From Rhodothermales bacterium (GTDB taxonomy: Bacteria > Bacteroidota > Rhodothermia > Rhodothermales > Bin80), in NCBI GenBank assembly GCA_963665975.1, contig OY762508.1, forward strand, positions 2,535,922 to 2,599,921: 64,000 bases of DNA, written 5' to 3'. Below, one piece after another: positions 10,826 to 19,960 of the stretch (positions are counted from its first letter, which is position 1; each line of letters begins with the position of its first letter). The notes under the pieces were generated by a model that searched no databases, was not told where the DNA came from, and was given only the letters and a program-made list of their open reading frames with translations. A program made the position numbers and the translations under genes.

Positions 10826-13561
10826 ATGACAAAGAAGGATGAACGAACCATCTTTCTCCTTGACGCGATGGCACTGGCATACCGTGCCTACTTCGCGTTC
10901 ATGAGCAGGCCGCGCATTAATTCTCGCGGACTGAATACATCAGCGGTATATGGATTTACGACCACACTCATAAAACTTATCCGCGATTACAACCTAACCT
11001 ACGGCGCTGTTGTATTTGACGCATCGGAACGGACATTTCGCAATGAACTGTATGCCGACTATAAGGCCCATCGGGATCCGCCGCCCGAAGAACTGACAAG
11101 CAACCTGCCACTAATCAAACAGATCGCAGAAGCACTGTTGATCCCGGTGTTCGAGGTCCAGGGTGTTGAGGCGGACGACGTGATTGGTACCCTCGCGAAG
11201 AAGGCGGAAGCATCAGGTGCCCGGGCAATAATCGTTTCCCCAGATAAGGACTTTCAGCAACTGCTGTCGGACAGGGTTTCGCTCTTCAAGCCGTCAAGGC
11301 GTGGGGAAGACTTTGATCATCTCACAGAAGCGTCGTTTCGGGAGAAATATGCGGTTGATCCCATCCAGTTCATTGATATCCTTGCCCTGATGGGTGACAA
11401 AGCCGATAACGTTCCAGGCATTTATGGCATTGGGGAAAAGACAGCTCAGAAACTGATTGAGCGCTACGGCACCGTCGAAAATCTAGTGCTGCATGCACCG
11501 GAGGTATCGGGCAAGAAGGCCCGCGAGGGACTCCTGGAGCATCCGGATATGGCGCATCTTAGCAAGACGCTAGTCACAATCAAGACAGATGTCCCAGTGA
11601 TGCTGGACTGGGATGTCCTGAAACGCGGAGAGGTGACTGCGCCAGCTCCATTGGGGCTATTTCGCCAATTGGAATTTCGCACACTCCTGGACCGTTTGAC
11701 AAAGGAGATACCGACCGGATCTTCCACGGAGTTGCCGGTCGACGAGGCTCCCAGGGCCGAATACGACGCGTCTGCGACAGACTTTCGCCTGATAGCAAGC
11801 AACGAAGAGCTCAAAGCGCTTGAGCGAATGCTGCGCAACCAGGAGCAACTGGCCCTGCATGCCGTACTTCCCGCAGGGCCTCCGATATGGCAGGATTGGG
11901 TAGGGATGTCGCTGGCGTGGGCCTCCGACTCGGCGTGCTACCTGCCTTTTCCGCTGCCGGACGGAACGACAAGGAACGAAGTGGTGCGCATCCTGGCACC
12001 CCTGTTCACCAATCCGAACCAGGGCAAGATCGGCCATGGCCTCAAGCCACTCCTGGTACGCCTGGCACTGGATGGCGTCATCGTGCGCGGACAACTGTTT
12101 GATACGGAAGTGGCGCATTACTTGCTGGCGCCAGATGAGAGCCACACGCTGGGCTTTGTAACTTCTGCAAAGCTTAATTACGAGCCGATTGATCGCGCAA
12201 AGATTCTGGGTAAGGGCAAGAATGTCCGCACGCTACGCGAACTTGCGCACGACGAAATTACGGTATCCGCCTGCGAAGAAGCAGCCCTGGCGTACAGGCT
12301 GAAGGATGTTCTCGCAGACGAGCTCAAGAAGCAAGGGCTGGCGAAAGTTGCGGCCAGAATGGAATTTCCGCTCCTCTACACACTGGCGGCGATGGAGGAG
12401 ACCGGCGTTACGATCGATCCCGAACGCCTGCGAGTAATCGAAGATCGACTGACAATCGAAATCGCCCGCCTGGAAGAAACCATTATGGCGGCCGCAGGCA
12501 AGCCGTTCAACATTGGATCGCCGGCCCAGGTAGGCCACATTCTCTTTGAGCATCTGGGACTGCGGGTGAAGCAGAAAACCGCATCGGGCCAGCCATCCAC
12601 CAAGGAGGAAGTGCTCCTCGACTTGTCTATAGACCACGAACTTCCGGGGCTCATCATCGACTGGCGTAAGGCCACCCGTCTCCAGAATGCCTACATCGAC
12701 GGTCTGCGGCGGATGATCCACCCGAACACCCAGCGAGTGCACACGATATTCCACCAGACGGTAGCAGCCACCGGGAGGTTGTCATCTTCGGATCCCGGCT
12801 TGCAAAACATTCCGGTGCGTCGCGCAACCGGGCGAGAACTTCGCCGGGCGTTTGTTGCGCCAACGGGATGGTGCCTCCTCAGTGCGGACTATTCGCAAAT
12901 TGAGCTGCGCATCCTTGCGCATATGAGCGGCGACGTCGGGCTTGCCGAAATCTTTCGCACAGGGCGGGACCCCCATACCGAAACCGCAGCCCGCATCTAT
13001 GAAATCGAAGCAGAAGAGGTCACACGGGAGCAGAGGAGCCGCGCCAAGGCGGTCAATTATGGCATTCCATATGGCCTCTCCACGACGGGGCTCGCGCAGC
13101 AATTGCGATGCAGCCGGGAGGATGCCAAGTCACTAATGGACATCTATCATGCTTCCTTTCCCGGCATTGCATCTTTTCTCAGCAGCCAGGTGGAAATAGC
13201 CCGCGAACGTGGCTACGCCGAAACCCTGTGGGGCAGGCGGCGCTACCTGCCCGCAATCAAGGCGCGTAACCGGGCGGTACGCTCAGCAGCAGAGCGCATT
13301 GCCATTAACATGCCCATCCAGGGTACGCAGGCTGACATGATCAAACTTGCTGCCGTGGATATCCAGCGCTGCCTGCGGCAGGATGGACTAGTCACGCGCC
13401 CCATTCTGCAGGTGCACGACGAACTCGTCTTCGAGGTACCCGATTTTGAACGAGACGTTGTGCGCCCGCTTGTGCAAGTGCGCATGGCATCAGCGATGCC
13501 GCTGTCGGTGCCCGTCGAAGTAGACTTGAATTACGGGCCCACATGGCTAGACGCCCACTGA
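10826..13561 (+). CDS. polA: DNA polymerase I
   Basis: 911 aa with a 5'-nuclease domain (LLDAMALAYRAYFA..), a central exo-like domain and a family-A polymerase domain (..LSADYSQIELRILAH.., ..QVHDELVFEV..). Confidence 0.95.
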   Translation: MTKKDERTIFLLDAMALAYRAYFAFMSRPRINSRGLNTSAVYGFTTTLIKLIRDYNLTYGAVVFDASERTFRNELYADYKAHRDPPPEELTSNLPLIKQIAEALLIPVFEVQGVEADDVIGTLAKKAEASGARAIIVSPDKDFQQLLSDRVSLFKPSRRGEDFDHLTEASFREKYAVDPIQFIDILALMGDKADNVPGIYGIGEKTAQKLIERYGTVENLVLHAPEVSGKKAREGLLEHPDMAHLSKTLVTIKTDVPVMLDWDVLKRGEVTAPAPLGLFRQLEFRTLLDRLTKEIPTGSSTELPVDEAPRAEYDASATDFRLIASNEELKALERMLRNQEQLALHAVLPAGPPIWQDWVGMSLAWASDSACYLPFPLPDGTTRNEVVRILAPLFTNPNQGKIGHGLKPLLVRLALDGVIVRGQLFDTEVAHYLLAPDESHTLGFVTSAKLNYEPIDRAKILGKGKNVRTLRELAHDEITVSACEEAALAYRLKDVLADELKKQGLAKVAARMEFPLLYTLAAMEETGVTIDPERLRVIEDRLTIEIARLEETIMAAAGKPFNIGSPAQVGHILFEHLGLRVKQKTASGQPSTKEEVLLDLSIDHELPGLIIDWRKATRLQNAYIDGLRRMIHPNTQRVHTIFHQTVAATGRLSSSDPGLQNIPVRRATGRELRRAFVAPTGWCLLSADYSQIELRILAHMSGDVGLAEIFRTGRDPHTETAARIYEIEAEEVTREQRSRAKAVNYGIPYGLSTTGLAQQLRCSREDAKSLMDIYHASFPGIASFLSSQVEIARERGYAETLWGRRRYLPAIKARNRAVRSAAERIAINMPIQGTQADMIKLAAVDIQRCLRQDGLVTRPILQVHDELVFEVPDFERDVVRPLVQVRMASAMPLSVPVEVDLNYGPTWLDAH

Positions 13562-14329
13562 TAGTCGAGCCAGGACGGGCACGTGATCTGACCGCCCCGA
13601 TCCACCACGCTCCTCCACATCCACCCAGGCATGGACACTCCGTGCAGCGTACCCAGGAGTGGCCAGGATGTGATCGATCCGTACCCCGTCATTCCAGACA
13701 TACCCGCGCGTACGGTAGTCCCACCACGTAAAGACGCCGGGTCCGGTGTTGTGCTTGCGCAGTACGTCAACGAGTTCAAAGCGTGAGATGATGTTCTCCA
13801 GCTTGGCTCGGGCGGCCGGGTCGGACAGCACTTTACCTTCCCATTCGTCGGGATGAGCGATGTCTACGTCTTCCGGAGCGACGTTGTAGTCTCCAGCGAC
13901 CACGAACTCGCCATACCGCGTCCGCTGCTCCTCAAGGAAGGAGGCAAGTTTATCCAGCCATTGTAGCTTGTATTGATGTTTGGGTGAGCCAATACGCTGG
14001 CCATTTGGCACGTACACCGAAATCATCCGCATGCCGAAGAGTGTACCGGCAATAACCCGCGCCTCGTCGTCCAGGCCTGTTTCCACGTCCTCGGCAACCT
14101 GCCGGGACAGGAGGGCAACCCCATTGTAGGCGGGCTGTCCGAAGATAGCGGAGACATACCCCGCCTGCTCAATGGCTGCAAAGGGGAAGGTGCCTTGGGT
14201 AGACTTGATTTCCTGGAGGCACACCACGTCGGGCTTATGCGCATCCAGAAAATCGACAATCCGCTCGATTCGCGCGCGCGCCGAGTTCACGTTCCAGGTA
14301 GCCACCTTGATTACAGCCGATGTGTTCAT
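13547..14329 (-). CDS. xth: Exodeoxyribonuclease III (Xth/APE1 family)
   Basis: Start at ATG 14329 (MNTSAVIKVATWNVNSARAR..). EEP-fold motifs (CLQEIK, ..GDYNVAP.., ..SDHVPVLARL). The 3' end overlaps the polA stop by 15 nt (convergent). Confidence 0.9.
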   Translation of the reverse strand: MNTSAVIKVATWNVNSARARIERIVDFLDAHKPDVVCLQEIKSTQGTFPFAAIEQAGYVSAIFGQPAYNGVALLSRQVAEDVETGLDDEARVIAGTLFGMRMISVYVPNGQRIGSPKHQYKLQWLDKLASFLEEQRTRYGEFVVAGDYNVAPEDVDIAHPDEWEGKVLSDPAARAKLENIISRFELVDVLRKHNTGPGVFTWWDYRTRGYVWNDGVRIDHILATPGYAARSVHAWVDVEERGGSGRSDHVPVLARLSVGV

Positions 14330-14479
14330 GCGCACGAGTGTTGTCAATTGAGCAATCTCCAGGTATACGCATCTGCACAAGGCTCGTTGCCGGTCGGCAG
14401 ACCCGGCGGGCATCGTAAGCAAGCAAGGCGCGGTTTTTTTGGCGAACTTGGACCATTAACTAAGGTTGCGGCTGCTTTC

Positions 14480-16576
14480 ATGCGCTCCATTCCGGGTACA
14501 ACGGCTTGTTGGGGACTAGTGCTTCTACTGGTGTCCTCGTGTTGGGCGCCAGCGGTGTCACGCCTGGACTGCTCCAACATTATGGTGGCGTCGTCGCCTG
14601 CTAAGGAACCCTTGCTGCAGCGGCTCTTCCGCGGGCCAGAAGAGCTCGCGCAGAATCCGGGACTGGATTCGGTGCGGCAGGACATTGTTGGCGTATGCAG
14701 GAGATTGGCGGCGATGACAGATTCTATGAGAACGCATGCTCTCACCGAGGTATCGGTAGCAGACAGCATCGCGTTGCTGAACTTGGCCGGGGTCGTGCGG
14801 CAGCAAGCCGCCGTGGTGAACCACGTGATTAATGTGCTTCGCGCTTCGAGCCCTCGACTTGTGGGGGCGCTGTCTGAAGCATCTTCGAATGCAGCGACAA
14901 GTCGTTTGCGGGATGCGGCAATGCGCGTAGAAGAAGTACCACTGTTGCAAGTGCCAGCATCCAGCGGCGTCCGTGAGTTGGACCGGCAATTGGGAGATGG
15001 GCTCCTCCGCCAGGACACTGCGCTAGCGGAAATCAGAGGCTTGGCCGATGCCGCCCGAGCACCCAGCGCCAGTCCGGCACGCGATGTATCCGCGCTTCTG
15101 GCCCTCGAGATCACTCTGGCGGACTCCGCGCGCACGATTCTTCTGGCATCGCATGCTCGGCTGCAGGCCGCGCGTGGCAGTCAGGACGCAACGCGACTGG
15201 ATTCCCTTTGGGAGGAGCTGGACCGTGCAACGGCTACCTTTGAGGCGGCCCAGGTTTCCCATGCCGCGTTTCTCGCCACGCTCGGGGACGGAGGGTTCTT
15301 GCCAGTCGGAGCTGCACTGCCTGACCAAGCGCGTGCGCGGGAATTCGGATGGCATCTGCGCCAGACTGTCGGTGTGTGGGGTGCGCTACTTGGCATCCTG
15401 GAAGCCTCAAATAAGGAATTGTTGTCCGCCGCAGATGAAGGTGGTCGTCATGTCGCCACCCAGCTGTGGCAGGAAATCGTGCGACTGGCTGATGTCTTCC
15501 TGGTGCTGGATCGTGCCAGCAGTCGACTCGTGACGATGCAAGCCGCGGCGTTTTCAGTAGATAGCCTGCGCTACACATGGACGCAAATTCAGCACGAGCT
15601 GCAGCGTCAGCGCCAGGGCCTTGTCGTGCTGAATGGACACATGCAAGCTGTCCAGCACTTCGTGACAGCGTCATCAGAGACCACGCACGACGCACCACGG
15701 CTGATCCGCCAAACCGTTGCGCGAATGCACGAGGTCCAGCCGGCCATGGATATGGCAGCGATCTCGTTTATTGCGGCGCTGGGGACCGGAGTGCAAGAAT
15801 ACGGTGGAAAGACCATACTGGCCATCCTGGTCTTGATCGGGAGTTTTTTCCTGATGCGAGGCGCGATATGGCTTCTCGATACACTATCTGAGCGCAGTGC
15901 GGCGAGACGGCTGTTCTACAAAAAACTGGTGCCGATCGGGCGCCTTCTCATCTGGGGCATCGCGATATATGTCATTCTCGCCGAAATCTATCAGGTCGAT
16001 CGCCGAGGTCTATTGGCTGCCATGACCGCCATTGGCGTCGCAGTTGGGTTCGCTGCGCAGGATATACTCAAGAATATCTTCGGTGGCATCCTCATCATCC
16101 TGGATCAGCCGTTTCAGATTGGGGACAAGATCCGGATCGGTGACGCCTACGGTGAGGTGGTTTCCATGGGGCTTCGATCAACGCGCATTGTTACGCCCGA
16201 TGACAATCTTGTCTCCGTGCCGAATTCGCAGGTTGTTGACAATCAGGTGGCCAATGCCAATAGCGGCAGTCTCGATTGCCAGGTGGTTGTCGAGTTATTC
16301 CTGCCGGGATGGGTCGATGTGACCAGGGCCAAGGCAATTGCCTTCAGTGCGGCCGCCAATTCGAAATATGTCTATTTGGAGAAGCCCATCGTCGTAAACA
16401 TCAGGGATGAGTTCAGGGAAACCTTCCTGACACAGTTGACTGTGAAGGCCTACGTTCTGGATACGCGCTATGAGTTTGCCTTGGCTAGCGATATAACCGA
16501 AACGGCCAAGGCCGAATTCCTCCGTGAGGGATTCTTCGATGCCATCGATGGGGATCTCAAGCCGATCATTGGCTAG
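14480..16576 (+). CDS. MscS-family mechanosensitive channel with a long N-terminal helical (periplasmic) domain
   Basis: Signal peptide MRSIPGTTACWGLVLLLVSSCWAPA, then about 450 aa of Ala/Leu/Arg-rich helices and TM helices. MscS core present: GVAVGFAAQDILKNIFGGILIILDQPFQIGDKIRIGDAYGEVVSMGLRSTRIVTPDDNLVSVPNS. The ORF upstream of 14480 overlaps xth and was rejected. Confidence 0.85.
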   Translation: MRSIPGTTACWGLVLLLVSSCWAPAVSRLDCSNIMVASSPAKEPLLQRLFRGPEELAQNPGLDSVRQDIVGVCRRLAAMTDSMRTHALTEVSVADSIALLNLAGVVRQQAAVVNHVINVLRASSPRLVGALSEASSNAATSRLRDAAMRVEEVPLLQVPASSGVRELDRQLGDGLLRQDTALAEIRGLADAARAPSASPARDVSALLALEITLADSARTILLASHARLQAARGSQDATRLDSLWEELDRATATFEAAQVSHAAFLATLGDGGFLPVGAALPDQARAREFGWHLRQTVGVWGALLGILEASNKELLSAADEGGRHVATQLWQEIVRLADVFLVLDRASSRLVTMQAAAFSVDSLRYTWTQIQHELQRQRQGLVVLNGHMQAVQHFVTASSETTHDAPRLIRQTVARMHEVQPAMDMAAISFIAALGTGVQEYGGKTILAILVLIGSFFLMRGAIWLLDTLSERSAARRLFYKKLVPIGRLLIWGIAIYVILAEIYQVDRRGLLAAMTAIGVAVGFAAQDILKNIFGGILIILDQPFQIGDKIRIGDAYGEVVSMGLRSTRIVTPDDNLVSVPNSQVVDNQVANANSGSLDCQVVVELFLPGWVDVTRAKAIAFSAAANSKYVYLEKPIVVNIRDEFRETFLTQLTVKAYVLDTRYEFALASDITETAKAEFLREGFFDAIDGDLKPIIG

Positions 16577-16580
16577 GATC

Positions 16581-19500
16581 ATGACTGAATCCGTAATTCC
16601 ACCCGGTGTAACGGTATCGCCATCCGCGCATGCGGCGGCGGAGGCCGTGCAGTCCCATTTGCAGGTGGTGGACCAGTCTGCGCGCGAACAGTGGGAGCGA
16701 TGCACGGCAGCGATCGCGAAGGACCTGTTTGACCCACTCCGTGCGGTGGTCGAACAGGCAGCCGCGTCCCACCGTCAACTTCTGGTCGTCTGGCGTCTCG
16801 ACGAGACTGGAGCCGACCTGTGGTCGCGTGTTGTGGCCTATCGCGAAGCGGTGGCTACAGGTGTGGCTAAGCCAATCAGGACCGAGCTACCCCGGTTGAA
16901 CCGTCGAGATCTGTTGGGGCAGAATGCTCGCGCAATGCTGTCTGCGTTGGCGCCGCTTGTGGACGAAGCAATGCCGATCTGCACGCTGCCGTGTCCTGAT
17001 GTGCTTTTTGAGCCTGCCGCTGGCGATGGTCCCGTTCGCGCGCTGCGCAAGACCGGCGTGCGCGTTCGGCGGCGGATTCGACGCCGCTGGCTCGCGTCCA
17101 CGGCGCCGTCCCTTCCGGAACGCACGGTACCACTACACGCGCTGTGCGAGTATCATGTGCACCAGCGTCTTGGTTCAACGATAGCATCGCTGCACGAACG
17201 GATTCAGGACCACGTTGCGACGTTAATCGGCCGCCTTGAAGTAGCCCTTACTGATTGGACGCATGCCACGCTGGAAGTAGAGCACCGCCTCGACCAGATT
17301 GGCCACCACCAACCAGCACATGCGCCGGATGCACAGACGGAAAACATCTCTTACGATAAAGAAGCGTTCACGACCAGCGTCCGTACACTTCAACAGGTGC
17401 TTGATCACGTAGCAAGCGCGATGGTGCTCCCTGAACTGGACGACACCGACAGGTTTGATGCCGCATCCAGAGACTTGGAGCAGGACCTTAAGTATGCCGG
17501 GACCTTCATGCTCGGGAAGGAGGCCCGCGTAGTGCCACCCTTGCGGCAACGTCCTGTGGCAATGATTGAGCGGATCCAGGGACACTGGATGGCATGGCAT
17601 GCAGAAGTCGTCAACCGGCTTGTGTTGAACGAGCAGTTGACAGGTTTTCGGATGACGCTCCTGAACATCCATGATGCGCTCCTGGCGCGTATTGCTGATG
17701 TGACGCTCCGGCCTGTTCAGGAATCGTTTGCCCATGCGGCCAGCCAGCTACGGGAGGCTTCACAGGCCATCGAGGTTGCCGCGGATTCCACCAAGAGGGC
17801 CGCGCTCGCAGAAACCTTGCGCAAGCTGCAAGAAGAGGTGCCCCGGGCTCTGCGGGATGATCTCGGTGCAGTCCACGAGCTCATTGAAGTGGATCAAGTG
17901 CTCACCAAGCCAGGCGGAGTCGTATTCCAAATACTGGATGATGCGCTGCAGGCTTTACCAGCGCACGTAACCATACATGCTCCACCCCGCAATAAATTGG
18001 ATATTTCGCCAGACCGGCGCTATTGGCAAATACAAGTTCGTCAGGAAATACGTGAAATATTCTCGTCTATTGATGAGCATCTCGCAGAGCTTGCCCAGCC
18101 GCTGCGCGACACGGTGGTCCGGATCTGGAGCGAGTCCGAGCAGGCAATCCGGATTGTGGAGTTCAACGTGGGAGTGGCGCTGGAGGAATTGGATGCTACA
18201 GGCACAGAAACGTCCGTTAACAATGCCCGGGGACTTGCTACCGATGGATTGCGACGTGCAGCGGAGTTATTGATGGAGCTGGCAGATTCTCTGGGTCAAC
18301 CCTGGCAGGTTTTTGCTAACAAGGCCTTTCTGCAATTTCAGGAATACTGGGCAAACATTCATCGAGCTACGCGTGGGGAGGCATTCATTGAACAGCAGTG
18401 GTCAGGTTATCTGATGCGTTTCCGCCGACAAGCTCAAGGCGCTCTGCGTTGGAGTAGGGCAATGGCCGCACGTGTTTCGCAACAGGGCTGGCGCATTATC
18501 CGGCGAGGCCGGCGGCAGGCGCGGATGCTCTTGGAGCAGGGGCGCTCGGCGATTGGGACGGCGGCGGCGGATGAAGCAGATCGGCTGCGCACGCTGGATG
18601 CGATTTCGGTAGCCAATCTCCACCAGCTCCATGCAAGTATGCCGCTGGTGTATCAGCGGCTGTTTGCTCTTCAACCGGTAACGGAACCGTCACTTCTGGA
18701 AGGTCGCAACCAGGATCTCGAACATATCCGACGACACATCCGGCGCTGGCGGGAAGATCGTGCGGCAGGTGCACTCGTCTTGCCCATGCCCCCTGGCAGT
18801 GGACGAACGAGTCTCGTGAACGTGGTACAAGCGACGTTTTCCAAAGAGGCCGACGTGCATCTGTTGTCGCTGGAGGAGCGCGTGACCAATACCACGGCGT
18901 TTGCTACGCATGTGGCCGCCGCGTTGGGCATCGACGATGGCGCGAGAGACGGTCTCGAGACCCTGGAAGCCGCGTTGCTAGCCGCTCCACCCGGAAAACT
19001 TGCGGTGTGCGTAATCGAAAACCTAGAGCACCTTCTTCTCCGCACAACGAGCGGCTCTGAGGTTATCGAGCGGGTGCTGATTTTCTTTTCGCGCACGGAC
19101 GCCAGGATCTGCTGGATTGTCTCGATGAGTGACGTCGCCTGGCACTTCCTCAAAAGCACGACAGGTGCGGCGACAGGTCTGGTCGCGGTTCACCGTCCGA
19201 TTCCCCTGGATCGCGAGACGCTCCAGAAAATCATCATCAATCGGCACCAACTCAGCGGGTTAGGGCTACGCTTTGCCGAACCAAAGACGCTCTCTCCACT
19301 GCAGCGACGCCACCTGCGCCGGGTGCGCACCGAAGAGGCCACACAGCAGCTACTGTGTGGTTTGTATTTCGACAAGCTCTATCAGTATAGCGGCACGAAT
19401 GTTATGCTCGCCCTGAACTACTGGCTACAGAGTGCGGAATACGACAAGCAGGCGGGTGTCTTAACCATGAAGCCAGTCGTCCCTCTTGACTTTCGGTTCT

Positions 19501-19766
19501 TCGAATCGTTCGACATGGCGAGAACATTTACGATGAAGGCTTTCCTGCTTCACAACACGCTAAGTCTTGAGGAGCATAATCGCATTTTTCGCATGTCGGA
19601 TCCGGACAGTATTTTCGTGTTGGAATCATTGCTTAACCTGCGCCTCATTGTGGCGTGTAGCGGCAAGGACGACCTGCATATCGTTCCGGGTGAGCGCTAC
19701 CGGCTGAATCCGCTCATTCTACATCCTACGATTCTCCTGTTGCGCGAGCGGAACGTGATGCATTGA
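16581..19766 (+). CDS. Large (1,061 aa) cytoplasmic protein: about 700 aa of helical region of unknown family, then a degenerate ORC/ExeA (AAA_22/AAA_16)-like P-loop module
   Basis: ATG lies 4 nt after the MscS TAG. No signal peptide or TM. Walker-A-like LPMPPGSGRTSLVN (18789-18812, Lys->Arg). Walker-B-like LAVCVIENLEHLL (about 19000-19035). Preceded by LEGRNQDLEHIRRHIRRW, as in AAA_16/22 proteins. Confidence 0.7.
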   Translation: MTESVIPPGVTVSPSAHAAAEAVQSHLQVVDQSAREQWERCTAAIAKDLFDPLRAVVEQAAASHRQLLVVWRLDETGADLWSRVVAYREAVATGVAKPIRTELPRLNRRDLLGQNARAMLSALAPLVDEAMPICTLPCPDVLFEPAAGDGPVRALRKTGVRVRRRIRRRWLASTAPSLPERTVPLHALCEYHVHQRLGSTIASLHERIQDHVATLIGRLEVALTDWTHATLEVEHRLDQIGHHQPAHAPDAQTENISYDKEAFTTSVRTLQQVLDHVASAMVLPELDDTDRFDAASRDLEQDLKYAGTFMLGKEARVVPPLRQRPVAMIERIQGHWMAWHAEVVNRLVLNEQLTGFRMTLLNIHDALLARIADVTLRPVQESFAHAASQLREASQAIEVAADSTKRAALAETLRKLQEEVPRALRDDLGAVHELIEVDQVLTKPGGVVFQILDDALQALPAHVTIHAPPRNKLDISPDRRYWQIQVRQEIREIFSSIDEHLAELAQPLRDTVVRIWSESEQAIRIVEFNVGVALEELDATGTETSVNNARGLATDGLRRAAELLMELADSLGQPWQVFANKAFLQFQEYWANIHRATRGEAFIEQQWSGYLMRFRRQAQGALRWSRAMAARVSQQGWRIIRRGRRQARMLLEQGRSAIGTAAADEADRLRTLDAISVANLHQLHASMPLVYQRLFALQPVTEPSLLEGRNQDLEHIRRHIRRWREDRAAGALVLPMPPGSGRTSLVNVVQATFSKEADVHLLSLEERVTNTTAFATHVAAALGIDDGARDGLETLEAALLAAPPGKLAVCVIENLEHLLLRTTSGSEVIERVLIFFSRTDARICWIVSMSDVAWHFLKSTTGAATGLVAVHRPIPLDRETLQKIIINRHQLSGLGLRFAEPKTLSPLQRRHLRRVRTEEATQQLLCGLYFDKLYQYSGTNVMLALNYWLQSAEYDKQAGVLTMKPVVPLDFRFFESFDMARTFTMKAFLLHNTLSLEEHNRIFRMSDPDSIFVLESLLNLRLIVACSGKDDLHIVPGERYRLNPLILHPTILLLRERNVMH

Positions 19767-19960
19767 GTCTATCTGCGTGATCCTCTCGGCAGGATTGAAT
19801 AATGGTGGGCGCATCTCCTTTACTATAGTGCTGAAAGGATTAACATATATATATGTGTGCAAAAATGACCAATCTGTACTAGTGATTAAATATTCACTAA
19901 TATTATGGCCTAGGAGGCTTTCACGAGGGGGTGGGGAATTGTGGGGAAAATGGTGACCTG

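Noticed and set aside
13547-13561. 15-nt convergent overlap of the polA and xth 3' ends as a regulatory feature
   Set aside because: Short convergent overlaps are common in compact genomes. There is no associated structure.
14195-14479. N-terminal extension of the MscS ORF (ATG 14195)
   Set aside because: It overlaps the 5' part of xth on the other strand. A proper signal peptide begins at ATG 14480.
19767-19960. AT-rich convergent intergenic region with small inverted repeats (ATCCT..AGGAT and TAGTGA-N8-TCACTA) as terminators or an element
   Set aside because: The stems are only 5-6 bp and lack U-tracts. That is insufficient to call a terminator or a mobile-element end.
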